Assembly: GCA_963745645.1 (NCBI GenBank)
Contig: CAVUYD010000004.1
Coordinates: forward strand, 428,010 to 492,009
Reading direction: 5' to 3'
Source: an uncultured Actinomycetes bacterium
GTDB lineage: Bacteria; Actinomycetota; Acidimicrobiia; IMCC26256; PALSA-610
Length of the DNA stretch: 64,000 nucleotides
Position numbers and translations under genes: made by a program. Positions 37,539-50,217 of this stretch are shown piece by piece (position 1 is the first letter of the stretch; each line of letters begins with the position of its first letter). Below the pieces are notes generated by a model, which saw only the letters and a program-made list of their open reading frames with translations, searched no databases and had not been told where the DNA came from.

Positions 37539-38919
37539 ATGCAGAGCACCGTCGAGCCCGTCGAGACGCGTCGCGAGGAACACGACGCCACCGGACGACA
37601 GATCCCGGCGAGGCGTCGACGGCAACAAGGTCAAGCTGCACGTCGTCGTGCCTCGCCGGCCGAGTTCGAGCGGGCGATCGACGCCGCGTTCAAGAAGCTG
37701 GCGCGCGACGTGCGGATCCCCGGGTTCCGTCCCGGCAAGGCGCCGCGGCGATTGCTCGAGGCGCGCCTCGGCAGCGACATCGCGCGCGAGCAGGCGCTGC
37801 AGGACGCGTTGCCGGAGTACTACGTCGACGCGGTCGAACGAGCACGACGTCGACGTCATCGCGCCGCCCGAGATCGAGATCACGCCGGCCAGGACGACGG
37901 CGACGTCGAGTTCGACGCCGTCGTCGAGGTCCGTCCGCAGGTGAAGCTCGTCGGCTACGACGAGCTGCGCGTCGAGCTCCCGTTCAACCCGGTCTCCGAC
38001 GACGACGTCGACAAGCAGGTCGACGCGCTGCGCGAGCGCTTCGCCGACCTCGCCGACTCCGAGTTCCCGCTCGTCGACGACGCGTACGCCACGATCGACA
38101 TCGCCGGCACCGATCGACGGCGAAGCGGTCGACGGCCTGACCGCCACCGACTTCTTGTACCGCGTCGGCTCCGGCATGGTCGTCGACGAGCTCGACGATC
38201 AACTCCGCGGCACGAAGCCCGGCGCGATCCTCGAGTTCACCGCACGCTGCCCGAGCGTTTCGGTGAGCTCGCCGGCAACGACGCGAAGTTCCGCGTCATC
38301 GTCAAAGAGGCCAAGCAGAAGGTGCTGCCCGAGCTCACCGACGAGTGGGTCGACGAAGCGAGCGAGTTCGAGACCGTCGACGAGCTGCGCGCCGACATCC
38401 GCACGCGGGTCGAGACGATGCAGATGCTGCAGGCGCAGATGGCCGTCCGCGACAAGGTGCTCGAAGCCGCGGCCGATCTCGTGCCGATCGAGGCGCCCGA
38501 GACGCTCGTCGAGAGCGAGACCCGCCGTCGGGTCGAGGATCTCGCGCACCGCCTCTCGCATCAGGGTGCGCGCTCGAGCAGTACCTCGAGATGACCGGGC
38601 AAGAAGCCGCAGGCGTTCATCGACGAGATCCGCGTCGGCGCGGCCCGGGCGTGCTCGCCGACCTCGCGCTGCGCGCGGTCGTCGCCCAAGAAGGCGTCAC
38701 TGCGAGCGACGAAGTCGACGCCGAGGTCGTGCAACTCGCCGAGCGCATCGAGCAGAAGCCCGGAAGGTGCGCCGCGAGCTCGAACGGAGTGGTGCGCTGG
38801 AGGCGGTACGCTCTGATGTTGCCCGAGGAAAGGCACTCGAGTTCCTCGTCGATCACGCGACCGTGGTCGACGAGAAGGCAACGAGATCGATCTCACGTTG
38901 CCCGACGCCGATGAAGTAA
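37539..38919 (+). pseudogene. tig: Trigger factor; heavily frame-disrupted as sequenced
   Basis: Start 'MQSTVEPVE'. The fragments below are spread over all three frames (ORFs 37050..38594, 37504..37944, 38155..38919, 38345..38914): 'NKVKLHVVVP', 'AEFERAIDAAFKKLARDVRIPGFRPGKAPRRLLEARLG', 'DVDVIAPPEIEITPA', 'GDVEFDAVVEVRPQVKLVGYDELRVELP', 'RVGSGMVVDELDDQLRGTKPGAILEFTA', 'VLPELTDEWVDEASEFETVDELRADIR', 'RGKALEFLVDHATVVDE'. At least 6 shifts are needed. The gene sits upstream of clpP-clpX. Confidence 0.85.
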
Positions 38920-38992
38920 CCAACGGCGATGACGTGAACGACGACGACCGAAGATCACGAGCTCACGAGAACGACGACGAAAGGTCAAAGGC

Positions 38993-39635
38993 GTGATCGA
39001 GCCGATCCGCAACGAATACGTCCCGGTCCCGCGATTCATCCAGGACACCCCGCGTGGCCGGATGGAGTGGGATCCGTCTACTCGCGTCTCGCGAACGACC
39101 GCATCATCTTCTTGGGCACGCCGGTCGACGACAGCGTCGCGAACCTGATTGATCGCGCAGCTGCTCATCCTCGAGTCCGAGGACCCGGAAAAAGACATCA
39201 TCATGTACATCAACTCGCCCGGCGGCGAGATCACGGGTCTGTTCGCGATCTACGACACGATGCAGTACATCAAGCCCGACGTGCAGACATGCTGCATCGG
39301 CCAGGCCGCGTCGGCCGCGGCGGTGCTGCTCGCATCCGGCACCGGGCAAGCGGTTCATCCTCCCGCACGCCCGCGTGCTGATCCACCAGCCGCACGGTGG
39401 TGCGTCCGGCCAGGCGGTCGACATCGAGATCCAGGCCAAGGAGATCGTGCGCATGCGCGAGCTCCTCGACGAGATCCTCGCGTTCCACACCGGCCAGGCC
39501 CTCGACCGGGTGTCGAAGGACACCGACCGCGACTTCATCATGAGCGGTCAGGAGGCCAAGGAGTACGGCATCGTCGACGAGATCCTCACCAATCGTGAGC
39601 TCGCCGCGGTACCGTCGGCCGAAGGCACGAGCTAG
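38993..39635 (+). pseudogene. clpP: ATP-dependent Clp protease proteolytic subunit; about 3 frameshifts
   Basis: GTG 38993 follows 'gaaagg'. '[24 protein letters not shown]' (ORF 39067..39381). '[63 protein letters not shown]' (ORF 39149..39598). '[41 protein letters not shown]...[23 protein letters not shown]' (ORF 39375..39635). The catalytic Ser (GQAAS) and His (IHQP) contexts are present. Confidence 0.9.
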
Positions 39636-39667
39636 GTCGTCGGGATCGGGGGAGAAGGGGGCCTTTC

Positions 39668-40917
<1,250 letters not shown>

Positions 40918-40921
<4 letters not shown>

Positions 40922-41781
40922 TCCCAACGGGGGAGTTTCTCGGCGGACTCGGGCCACCGCGACGCGAGCGCGTCGTGCAGCGGGAGGAAGCCGGGTTCGT
41001 ACGTTCCACCGCGCCGGAGCGCGGTGAGCAGTGACGCGCGCGCGGGCCAGCCCGGCGCGAACTCGCGATCGGCGTCCAGCAGCTCGACCTGGTTCATGCC
41101 GACGACCTGCACGGTGCGCCACACGATCAAGGCGTCGAGGCCTTCGATCTCGCGCTCGTAGCCCTCGTGGAACGCGTCGAGCAGCGTGGGTTCGAGCGGG
41201 CACAGCACGTACCACGCGGCGACGTCGTACCCGCGGTGCCGGCCGTCCGCGTACTCGAAGTCGACGAGCACGATCGTCCCGTCGAGACGGACCAGTGCGT
41301 TGGAAGGCGCGGGGTCGCCGTGGGAGAACGCGAGCATCGCGCCGGGGTCGTCGAACGCGGCGTAGGCCCAGCTGAGGTCGGGTTCGGGCACGCCGATTGC
41401 CGCGCACCAGCGTGTGAGCACGCCGGGGTCGCACGGGGCCGGCGTGCCGCGCACCGGCGGCGGGATGTCGTGCAACGCCGCGTACGCGCGGCCCAGCTCC
41501 CGAGCAGCCGGGATGCCGGTGCCGGTCTGCAGCGCGCGCTCGAAGTCGCCCACCGGTTCGATGTCCTCGAGCTCGATCGCGTCCGCGGTCGCGGACAGCA
41601 GCCGCGGTACCGGTGCGTCCGGAAACGATCGCAGGTGCTCGTACGCGGCCCGTTCGATCTCATTGCGCGGGTCCGGGCGGCGGTAGCGCTTGACGATGAC
41701 GCCGTCGCGGCGGGTGACGACACTGCGACCGCGCTCGGCCACGAGCTCGTCGGACTGGTTGGGCGCTTCGGGCTCGTTCAC
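40918..41781 (-). CDS. Phosphotransferase (APH/choline-kinase-like) family protein
   Basis: This is the in-frame lower part of ORF 40918..42891 from GTG 41781 ('VNEPEAPNQ'), which overlaps the upstream ABC stop (GTGA). Kinase motifs '[13 protein letters not shown]' (HGDxxxxN) and 'LVDFEYA' (DFE). Confidence 0.75.
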
Positions 41782-42599
41782 GCGAGGCGTGCCGCGTAGC
41801 GGCCGTCGCGCGCGTCGACGCGGAGCCGGAGGCCGAACGCGTCGCTCAGCACGTCGGTGGTGATCGTCTCTGCGAGCGGGCCGGAGGCGAGCACGGACGC
41901 GTCCTTCATCACCAGCGTGTGCGTGAATCCGGGCGGTATCTCCTCGAGGTGGTGCGTGACGAGCGCCAGTGGTGGCCGGGTCGCGTCGCCCGCCCACGCC
42001 GCGAGGTCCGCGACGAGCTCCTCGCGCCCGCCGACATCCAGGCCCGCGTTCGGTTCGTCGAGCAGGACGATGCCGGGTTCGTTCATCAACGTGCGCGCGA
42101 GGAGCACCCGCTGACGTTCGCCCGCCGAGAGGGTCGGGAAGCGATGGTCCGCGAGCTTCTCGCTGTGGAAATGGGCGAGGAGTGCGGACGCGCGATCGCG
42201 GTCCGCGTCGGTGTAGGTGTGCCACCACGGCGCGAGCGCGGCGTACTTCGCGGTCATCACGACCTCCGAGGCCGTCATGCGCGGCTCGAGCGCGGCCGCG
42301 AGTGCGGGCGAGGAGAACGCGATGCGCTCGCGCAGCGTGCGCACGTCGCAGCGGCCGAGGCGCTGCCCGAGCACGTCGACCGTGCCGCGTGACGGGTGCT
42401 GGTAGAGCGCGGCCACGCGGAACAGCGTCGTCTTGCCCGCGCCGTTCGGGCCGAGCACGACCCATCGTTCGCCCGCGTCGACGGTCCAGTGCACGTGCGA
42501 CAACACGGTCGTGTCGTCGAGCTCCAAGGAGACGTCGGTGAGCTGCAGGGCCGGGGTCACGGGAGCCGCAGCGTACCGACCATCCGTAGACCCATACAT
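41778..42599 (-). CDS. ABC transporter ATP-binding protein (stand-alone ATPase)
   Basis: The 273-aa ORF is intact. Walker A 'GPNGAGKTT', signature 'LSAGERQRV', Walker B 'VLLDEPNAGLD', H-loop 'VTHHLEE'. No adjacent permease gene is present. Confidence 0.85.
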   Translation of the reverse strand: MYGSTDGRYAAAPVTPALQLTDVSLELDDTTVLSHVHWTVDAGERWVVLGPNGAGKTTLFRVAALYQHPSRGTVDVLGQRLGRCDVRTLRERIAFSSPALAAALEPRMTASEVVMTAKYAALAPWWHTYTDADRDRASALLAHFHSEKLADHRFPTLSAGERQRVLLARTLMNEPGIVLLDEPNAGLDVGGREELVADLAAWAGDATRPPLALVTHHLEEIPPGFTHTLVMKDASVLASGPLAETITTDVLSDAFGLRLRVDARDGRYAARLA

Positions 42600-42616
42600 C
42601 CTTAGACTCGCCGCCG

Positions 42617-43921
42617 ATGGACGCGCGCGAGTGGCTCGACCGCCACGTCAACCTCGAAACCGGAGTCGGCGTTCCTGCGTCGGCCACGCGTGCCACCGCG
42701 CCGAGCCGCGAGCGCATCGAGGCGCTGTTGCGGTACCTCGGCTCCCCGGAGCTCGAGTTCCCCGCGGTGCACATCACCGGCACGAACGGCAAGACGAGCA
42801 CCGCGCGCATGATCACGCAACTGCTCGGCAGCGTCGGCCTCTCGGTGGGTTCGTACACGAGCCCCCACCTCGAACGTGTCAACGAACGCATCGCCTATCA
42901 GGGCGAGCCGATCTCCGACGCAGATCTCGACGAGCTGCTGCGCACGGTGGCGATCGTCGAAGGTGAGCTCGACATCCGCCCGTCGTTCTTCGACGTGCTC
43001 ACCGCGGCCGCGTACCGCTGGTTCGCTGATCTCGCCGTGGACGCGGCGGTCGTCGAAGTCGGCCTCGGCGGCACGTGGGACGCGACGAACAGCCTCGACA
43101 CGCGCGTCGCCGTCATCACGAACGTCGCGCTGGATCACGTGGAGTACCTCGGGCCGACGCGCGCGCAGGTCGCGGCCGAGAAGGCCGGAATCGTCCGCCC
43201 CGGGTCGACGCTGGTGCTCGGCGAGACCGACCCGGAGCTCGAGCACTTCTTCACCGACCGCGGCGCGGCGGAGGTGCTGCGGCGCGACGTCGACTTCGGC
43301 ATCCGCGACAACGTCCTCGCCGTCGGCGGGCGGCTCGTGGAGCTGTTCACGCCGATGGCTTCCTACGCCGATGTGCTGGTGCCCTTGCACGGCGCGCACC
43401 AAGCCGACAACGCGGCGATCGCGTTGACCGCGGCGGAGGCGTTCCTCGGCGCGCCGCTCGACCCGGAGGTGGTGGCCGGCGTGTTCGCCCTCGTACGGTC
43501 TCCGGGCCGGCTCGAGCTGGTGCGCCGGCACCCGCTCGTGATCCTCGACGGCGCGGACAACGTCGCCGGCGCCGAGGCGCTCCGCGCCGCGCTCGTGGAA
43601 GAGTTCGCGAGCGGGCCCCGTACGTTGCTCGTCGGGATCATGCGCGAGAAGGAGCCGCACGAGATGCTCACCGCGCTCGGCATCGACGAGGCCGCCCGGC
43701 TCGTATGCTGCCCGCCGCCCAGCGGGCGCGCGCTCGACCCGAGCATCCTTGCCGACGCGGCGATCGAGCTGGGGTTTCCGGAGGATCAGGTCGAGATCGC
43801 GGAGTCGGTGAGCGAAGCCGTGACCCTGGCGCTGCTGTCGACGCCCGAGGAAGGCCAGGTCGTGATCACCGGCTCGCTCTACGTCGTCGGTGCGGCCCGG
43901 TCGATCCTCGTGAAGCACTGA
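42617..43921 (+). CDS. folC: Bifunctional folylpolyglutamate synthase / dihydrofolate synthase
   Basis: The 434-aa ORF is intact. Mur-ligase P-loop 'HITGTNGKTSTARM', 'TSPHLERVNERI', 'VVEVGLGGTWDATN', 'ITNVALDHVEYLG', 'LDGADNVAGAEAL'. Confidence 0.92.
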   Translation: MDAREWLDRHVNLETGVGVPASATRATAPSRERIEALLRYLGSPELEFPAVHITGTNGKTSTARMITQLLGSVGLSVGSYTSPHLERVNERIAYQGEPISDADLDELLRTVAIVEGELDIRPSFFDVLTAAAYRWFADLAVDAAVVEVGLGGTWDATNSLDTRVAVITNVALDHVEYLGPTRAQVAAEKAGIVRPGSTLVLGETDPELEHFFTDRGAAEVLRRDVDFGIRDNVLAVGGRLVELFTPMASYADVLVPLHGAHQADNAAIALTAAEAFLGAPLDPEVVAGVFALVRSPGRLELVRRHPLVILDGADNVAGAEALRAALVEEFASGPRTLLVGIMREKEPHEMLTALGIDEAARLVCCPPPSGRALDPSILADAAIELGFPEDQVEIAESVSEAVTLALLSTPEEGQVVITGSLYVVGAARSILVKH

Positions 43922-43948
43922 CGCGCGGCCGGACGCGAGAATGCGCCC

Positions 43949-45057
43949 GTGACCGACAACCTCCGCATCGGCGTCATCGGCGTGAACGGCATCGGCAACT
44001 GGCACTTCTACGCGTTGCGCCAATCGGAGCGGTCGTCCGCGACCGCGGTGTGCGACATCGACCCGGCGCGGGCCGAGAAAGCCGGACCGCAGCAGCAGCT
44101 CCCCGCGTTCACCGATCCGACCGCGATGTACGCCAGCGGCGAGGTCGACGCCGTCGTCATCGCCACGCCGGCGGGCACGCACGGACAACTCGCACGCGAC
44201 GCGCTCGACGCCGGTATGCATGTGTACTGCGAGAAGCCGATCGCGCCGACCGCCGACGAGGGCTACGCGCTCGCCCGCCACGCGCGCGAGGCGCAGCGCA
44301 CGTTGCAGGTCGGCTTCCAGTTCCGCTTCCACACCGGGTACGCCGCGCGCGGGAAGCCGTTGCGGACCTCGGCGAGCTCGCGCGTGTCAACCTCACCGCC
44401 ACGAACTGGTTCCGCGCCCAGGCGTACTTCGACAAGAGCCCGTGGCGCGCCGACCTGGGCGATGGCCGGTGGCGGTGTGCTCATGAACCAGGCCGTCCAC
44501 CAGGTCGACGCGATGATCGCGACTGCGGGCATGCCGTCACGGGTGCAGGCGCGCGTCCGGTCGCGCGGCACCGCGCCGAGATCGAAGACGACGCGATCGC
44601 GTTGCTCGAGTGGCCATCGGGCGCGAACGGTGTGCTCGTCGCGTCGCTCGGTGATCCGGCCGGCTACGAGCGCATGGAGTTCTTCGGCGCGTCCGGCGCG
44701 CTGGTGCTGCAAGACGGCTACCGCGTGCGCGTCACCGAGCACGAGGACGCGCAGAAGCTGTCGGACGAGTGCGCGGACGAGTACCCCGAGCTGACAAACG
44801 AGTGGAAGCCGGTCGAGGTCGCGCGCGCGGCGTCGGAGTGGATCGACTGTCTCACCGCATCGCACCGCGACTTCGCGGGTGCGGTGCTCGACAGTCGTGC
44901 GCCGTTGGTCGACGGCGAGGCGGGCACGCGCAGCGTCGAGCTCGCCAACGCGATCTACCTGTCGTCGATCGAAGACCGCGCGGTGACGCTGCCGCTCGAA
45001 CGCGGTGCGTACACGCCGGTGTTCGACGACCTCGTCACCGGCGGCCTCAGCATTTGA
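43949..45057 (+). pseudogene. Gfo/Idh/MocA family oxidoreductase; at least 3 frameshifts
   Basis: N-terminal Rossmann region in ORF 43949..44794: 'LRIGVIGVNGIGNWH...DAVVIATPAGTHGQLARDALDAGMHVYCEKPIA'. 'GGGVLMNQAVHQVDAM' is in the same frame further on. 'GELARVNLTATNWFRAQAYFDKSPWRADL' and the C-terminus 'IEDDAIALLEWPSGANGVLVASL...' are in the frame of ORF 43075..45057. Confidence 0.8.
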
Positions 45058-45122
45058 GGGCGCAAGCAGCGGGATCACTGCGATCCGAGCCCGGATTTTC
45101 GTTCCGGTAGCCTGGTGCCTTC

Positions 45123-45542
45123 ATGCCTGCAACCAACGAACGCACCCTCGTCCTGTGCAAGCCCGACGCCGTGGAGCGCCGGCTCGTCGGTGAGATCATC
45201 GGCCGCCTCGAGCGCAAGGGCCTGCGGATCGTGGCGCTCGAGCTGCGTCAGCTCGATCCCACGACGGCGAAGCAGCACTACGCCGAGCACGACGGCAAGC
45301 CGTTCTTCGACGACCTCGTCGCGTTCATCACGCGGTCACCGCTCGTCGCGATGGTCGTCGAAGGTCCGGAAGCGTGGAAGGTCGTGCGCACGCTGATGGG
45401 CGCGACGAACCCCCGTGAGGCCGCGCCGGGCACGCTGCGCGGCGATCTCGCGATCGAGCTCACGGAGAACCTCGTCCACGGCAGCGACGGTCCGGAGTCC
45501 GCGGCGCGCGAGATCGCGCTCTTCTTCCCGACGATCGCCTGA
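45123..45542 (+). CDS. ndk: Nucleoside-diphosphate kinase
   Basis: The 139-aa ORF is intact. '[29 protein letters not shown]', '[10 protein letters not shown]'-type segment, '[16 protein letters not shown]', 'NLVHGSD' (catalytic His). Confidence 0.97.
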   Translation: MPATNERTLVLCKPDAVERRLVGEIIGRLERKGLRIVALELRQLDPTTAKQHYAEHDGKPFFDDLVAFITRSPLVAMVVEGPEAWKVVRTLMGATNPREAAPGTLRGDLAIELTENLVHGSDGPESAAREIALFFPTIA

Positions 45543-45555
45543 TCGGTCACGCTGA

Positions 45556-46683
<1,128 letters not shown>

Positions 46684-46702
46684 TCCGCGGCGGTAGCCCC
46701 TG

Positions 46703-47636
46703 ATGATCGGTTATCGACGCGCGAACCGGCGCTACATCCTTCTCGTGCTCGTGCTGACCGCGATCACGTTGATCACCCTCGACAGCCGCCGGGACGACGC
46801 CGGCGCGTTGGGCACGGTCGGTCGCGCCGCGCACACGCTGGTGTCGCCCATCGACCGCGCGGTCAACGCGGTCGTCAGTCCGGTGAGCGACTGGTTCAGT
46901 GGCGTCACCGACGGCAGGTCGCTGAAGTCCCAGAACCGCGAGTTGCGCGCGCGCGTGGGCGAGCTGGAGAACCAGGAGCGCACGGCCAAGGCCGCGCTCG
47001 CGCAGAACGATCAGTTCCGTCGCCTGCTCGGGCTGCCGATCCTCTCGGACATCCCAGCGCGTCACGGCGCGGATCGTCAACCGCTCGACCGGCAACTTCG
47101 AGTCGACGGTCATCATCGACCGCGGCGAAGAGTCCGGCATCTCGAAGGACATGGTCGTGCTCGGTCCCGACGGTCTCGTCGGTCGGGTGCTGGAGTCCTA
47201 TCGCGGTGGGGCGAAGGTGCTCCTCCTCGTCGACCCGCACTCCGGCGTCGGCGTGCGCGCGCTGCCCGGGCTCGTGAGCGGTGTCGCGCAAGGCGTCGCC
47301 GGTTCCGACGAGCTGCGCGTCGACCTCGAGCTGAACGATCCGCCGATCAAGGTCGGCGATGTCGTCGTCACCTCGGGCGAAGAGCAGAGCGACTTCCCCG
47401 AAGGCCTCATGGTCGGCACGATCACCAAGATCGAACCCGAGCAGGCCGGTCTCGGCACGATCGTGCGCGTGAAGCCGTTCACCAACTTCAACGCGCTCGA
47501 GTACGTGACGGTGCTCAAGTGGATCCCGGGCCAGGGTCCGGTGACCAGCACCACGACCACGACGACAACGACGGTTGCGCCCACGACCGCACCGTCGTCG
47601 ACGCCGACCACTGCGGGCTCGGGGAACGGGCCCTGA
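46703..47636 (+). pseudogene. mreC: Rod shape-determining protein MreC; frameshift(s) near 47050-47150
   Basis: N-terminal TM and coiled coil 'RRYILLVLVLTAITLITLD...LKSQNRELRARVGELENQ' are in ORF 46703..48058. The beta-barrel part 'MVVLGPDGLVGRVLESYRGGAKVLLLVDPHSGVGVR...VVTSGEEQSDFPEGLMVGTI' is in ORF 47151..47636. The gene lies between mreB and mreD. Confidence 0.85.
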
Positions 47637-48155
47637 TGCGGTCCTGGCGCCTCGCGCTCGTCGTCGTGCTCGTCGTCATCGTGCAGGTGACGGTGATGCC
47701 CCACCTGCGCATCCTCGGCGTGGTGCCGGATCTCGGCCTCGTGCTCGCGGTCGCGGTCGCGTATCGCGACGGCGCCGAAGCCGGCGCGATCACCGGGTTC
47801 GCCGCCGGGCTCGGCTACGACCTGTTCCTCGCGACACCGCTCGGCCTGCTCCGCGCTCGTGTACGCGCTCACCGCGTACGCGGTCGGCGTCGTGCAGACC
47901 GGGATGTTGCGATCACCGCGCTGGATCCCGCCGCTGCTCGGCGGCCTGGCCGGGCTGGCCGGCGGCCTCGCGTTCATCGGCATCGGCGGCCTCGCGGGCG
48001 TTCCCGGCATGTGGACCACGCACGCGCTGACCGTCGTCGGCCTCGCCGCCATCTATGACGCGGCCGTGGCCCCGCTCGTGTTCCTGCTGGTCAACGCCGT
48101 CTCGCGTCGCGATCGGGACTCGGCCGGCGCCTGGTCCGTCCGCGGCCCGAACTAG
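47636..48155 (+). pseudogene. mreD: Rod shape-determining protein MreD; frameshift near 47850
   Basis: ATG 47636 overlaps the mreC stop (TGATG). 'LALVVVLVVIVQVTVMPHLRILGVVPDLGLVLAVAVAY' is in the frame of ORF 46703..48058. 'YALTAYAVGVVQ...' to the stop is in ORF 47859..48155. The product is a small polytopic membrane protein in the canonical position. Confidence 0.75.
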
Positions 48156-48255
48156 CGCCTGAGGGAGCGTTCAGGCTGACCCGGGGTGGTGGCGAACCGC
48201 CCGCTACCGTGGTTCCAGGCGTTTCCGCCACCTCTTTGTCTTCCTTCTTCACCCT

Positions 48256-50217
48256 ATGAGCGACAACAGCCGCGTCAGGGTCGCCATCGTCGGCGTCATC
48301 GTCATTGCCCTGTTCGGGGCACTCGTCGCGCGCCTGTGGTTCATGCAGATGGGCGGCGAGGAGCAGCTGAAGTTCCAGGCCGTGGCGCGCGGCACGCGCA
48401 CCGTGCAGACGGAATCGCCGCGCGGTCGCATCCTCGACCGCAACGGGACGGTGCTCGTCGAGAACGTGGCGGAGTGGGCCGTCACCGTGGACCGGCAGCT
48501 CCCCAAGTCGACCCGCACCCGCGTCCTCGGTCAGCTCGCCGAGGTGCTCGCGCCGCAGTACACAGCCGAGCAGCTCGAGAGCAACTTCAACGACCTGCGC
48601 CAGACGCCGTTGAAGCCGGCGATCGTCGCGGTGGGCGTCCCCGAACCGGCCCGCATCGCGATCCTCGAGCACATCGAGGACTATCCCGGTACGCATGTCG
48701 AGAAGTTGACCGTACGGCACTACCCGCACGGCGAGCTCGCGGCGCACATCCTCGGCTACACCGGTGAGATCTCCGAAGCGCAGCTCGCGTCTCGGCGCGA
48801 CGCGGGTACCAAGAGGGCGACGCGATCGGCAAAGACGGCGCGGAGCGTGCGTTCGAGAAGGAGCTGCGCGGGCAGCCCCGCCGCGAGAAGGTCGAGGTCG
48901 ACCCCACCGGTGCACCGGTCGGCAACCCGCTCGACGTGCAACCGGGCACCATCGGCGACGATGTCGCGCTCGACGATCGACGCGAACTGGCAGTACGCGG
49001 CCGAGACCGCGCTCGCCCAGGGGATCGCTTCGGCACGCGAGCAACAGAACGCGAACATCAAGAGCAAACGCTTCGAGAAGCTGAAGGCGCCGGGCGGCGC
49101 GGTGCTCGCGATGGATGTCACCGACGGCTCGATCGTGGCGATGGCGTCCTTCCCGAACTACGACGTCAGCTCGTTCGTCGACGGCATCAGCCAGAGCGAG
49201 TGGAAGTCGTTGAACGACAATCCCGATCACCCGCTCGTCAACCGCGCGACCCAGGGCGTGTACGCGCCGGGCTCCACCTTCAAGCTGGTCAGCTCGATCG
49301 CGATGACGCAGTACGGGATCCGGGGCCCGAATGACACCGTCCTCGACAAGGGCACGGTCACGCTCGGAAAGGACAAGCGGGTCTTCCACAACTCGGGCAA
49401 TGCCGCGTTGGGCCGGGTCGCGCTGCAGAGCGCGATCACCCGCTCGAGCGACGTCTACTTCTACACGGCCGGTGACGCGTTCTGGCAGGCCTGGAACAAC
49501 GGTGACAAGGAGCGCGGCCTCGGCCTGCAGACGACCGCGCACGAGTTCGGTTTCGGCGCGCCGACCGGCGTCGAGCTGGACGAAGCGTCGGGGACCGTGC
49601 CGGATCCCGAGTGGAAGCAGGCACTCGCCGACAAGATCTGGCCGACCGCCGCGGAGAAGAAGGAGAACGGCGCGTGGTACCCCGCCGACGACATCTTCAC
49701 CGCCGTCGGTCAGGGCGGTATGGCCGTCACGCCGTTGCAGCTCGCGAATGCCTACGCCGCGTTCGCGAACGGTGGCACCCTGTGGAAGCCGCACGTCGAG
49801 CTCGACGTGACGGACACGGACGGCAACGTTGTGCAGACCTACGCGCCGCAGGCGATCCGCCAGATCCCGATGGACGCGAACGTGCGCGCCAAGATGCTCG
49901 CCGGGTTCGCCGGTGTCACCGCGGATCCGAAGGGCACCGCGTACGCGGCGTGGCAGGGCTTCGACCTCAGCGCGATCCCCGTGTCCGGCAAGACCGGCAC
50001 CGCGCAGGTCGGCGCGAAGGAAGAGGGCAAGGGTGACACGTCGGTGTTCGCCGGCTTCTTCCCTGCGAACGCGCCCCGCTACGTGGTCGTGGCGGTCGTG
50101 GAACAGGGCGGGATGGGTGCACAGACCGCGGCACCCATCGTGCGGCGCGTCATCGAGTCGATGAACGGCATCGCGAACCCGGACCCCGTGCACGCGCTCG
50201 CAACGGGCCGGGACTGA
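48256..50217 (+). CDS. mrdA: Penicillin-binding protein 2 (elongasome transpeptidase); contains a compensated out-of-frame segment at about 48805-48975
   Basis: The 653-aa ORF is continuous. N-terminal TM, 'PRGRILDRNGTVLV', active site 'APGSTFKLV', 'SGKTGTAQ'. Residues 'TKRATRSAKTARSVRSRRSCAGSPAARRS...' are Arg/Ser-rich junk. The alternative frame gives the expected 'YQEGDAIGKDGAERAFEKELRGQPRREKVEVDPTGAPVGNPLDVQPGTIGDDVAL' joining to 'TIDANWQ'. Confidence 0.9.
   Translation: MSDNSRVRVAIVGVIVIALFGALVARLWFMQMGGEEQLKFQAVARGTRTVQTESPRGRILDRNGTVLVENVAEWAVTVDRQLPKSTRTRVLGQLAEVLAPQYTAEQLESNFNDLRQTPLKPAIVAVGVPEPARIAILEHIEDYPGTHVEKLTVRHYPHGELAAHILGYTGEISEAQLASRRDAGTKRATRSAKTARSVRSRRSCAGSPAARRSRSTPPVHRSATRSTCNRAPSATMSRSTIDANWQYAAETALAQGIASAREQQNANIKSKRFEKLKAPGGAVLAMDVTDGSIVAMASFPNYDVSSFVDGISQSEWKSLNDNPDHPLVNRATQGVYAPGSTFKLVSSIAMTQYGIRGPNDTVLDKGTVTLGKDKRVFHNSGNAALGRVALQSAITRSSDVYFYTAGDAFWQAWNNGDKERGLGLQTTAHEFGFGAPTGVELDEASGTVPDPEWKQALADKIWPTAAEKKENGAWYPADDIFTAVGQGGMAVTPLQLANAYAAFANGGTLWKPHVELDVTDTDGNVVQTYAPQAIRQIPMDANVRAKMLAGFAGVTADPKGTAYAAWQGFDLSAIPVSGKTGTAQVGAKEEGKGDTSVFAGFFPANAPRYVVVAVVEQGGMGAQTAAPIVRRVIESMNGIANPDPVHALATGRD

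Noticed and set aside
37539-39635. Programmed frameshifting/recoding, or genuine pseudogenisation, as an explanation for the many shifts in tig and clpP.
   Set aside because: There are too many shifts per gene, in both directions, with no shared slippery motif. They affect essential genes across the window. Sequence error is the parsimonious explanation, although this is unverified without reads.
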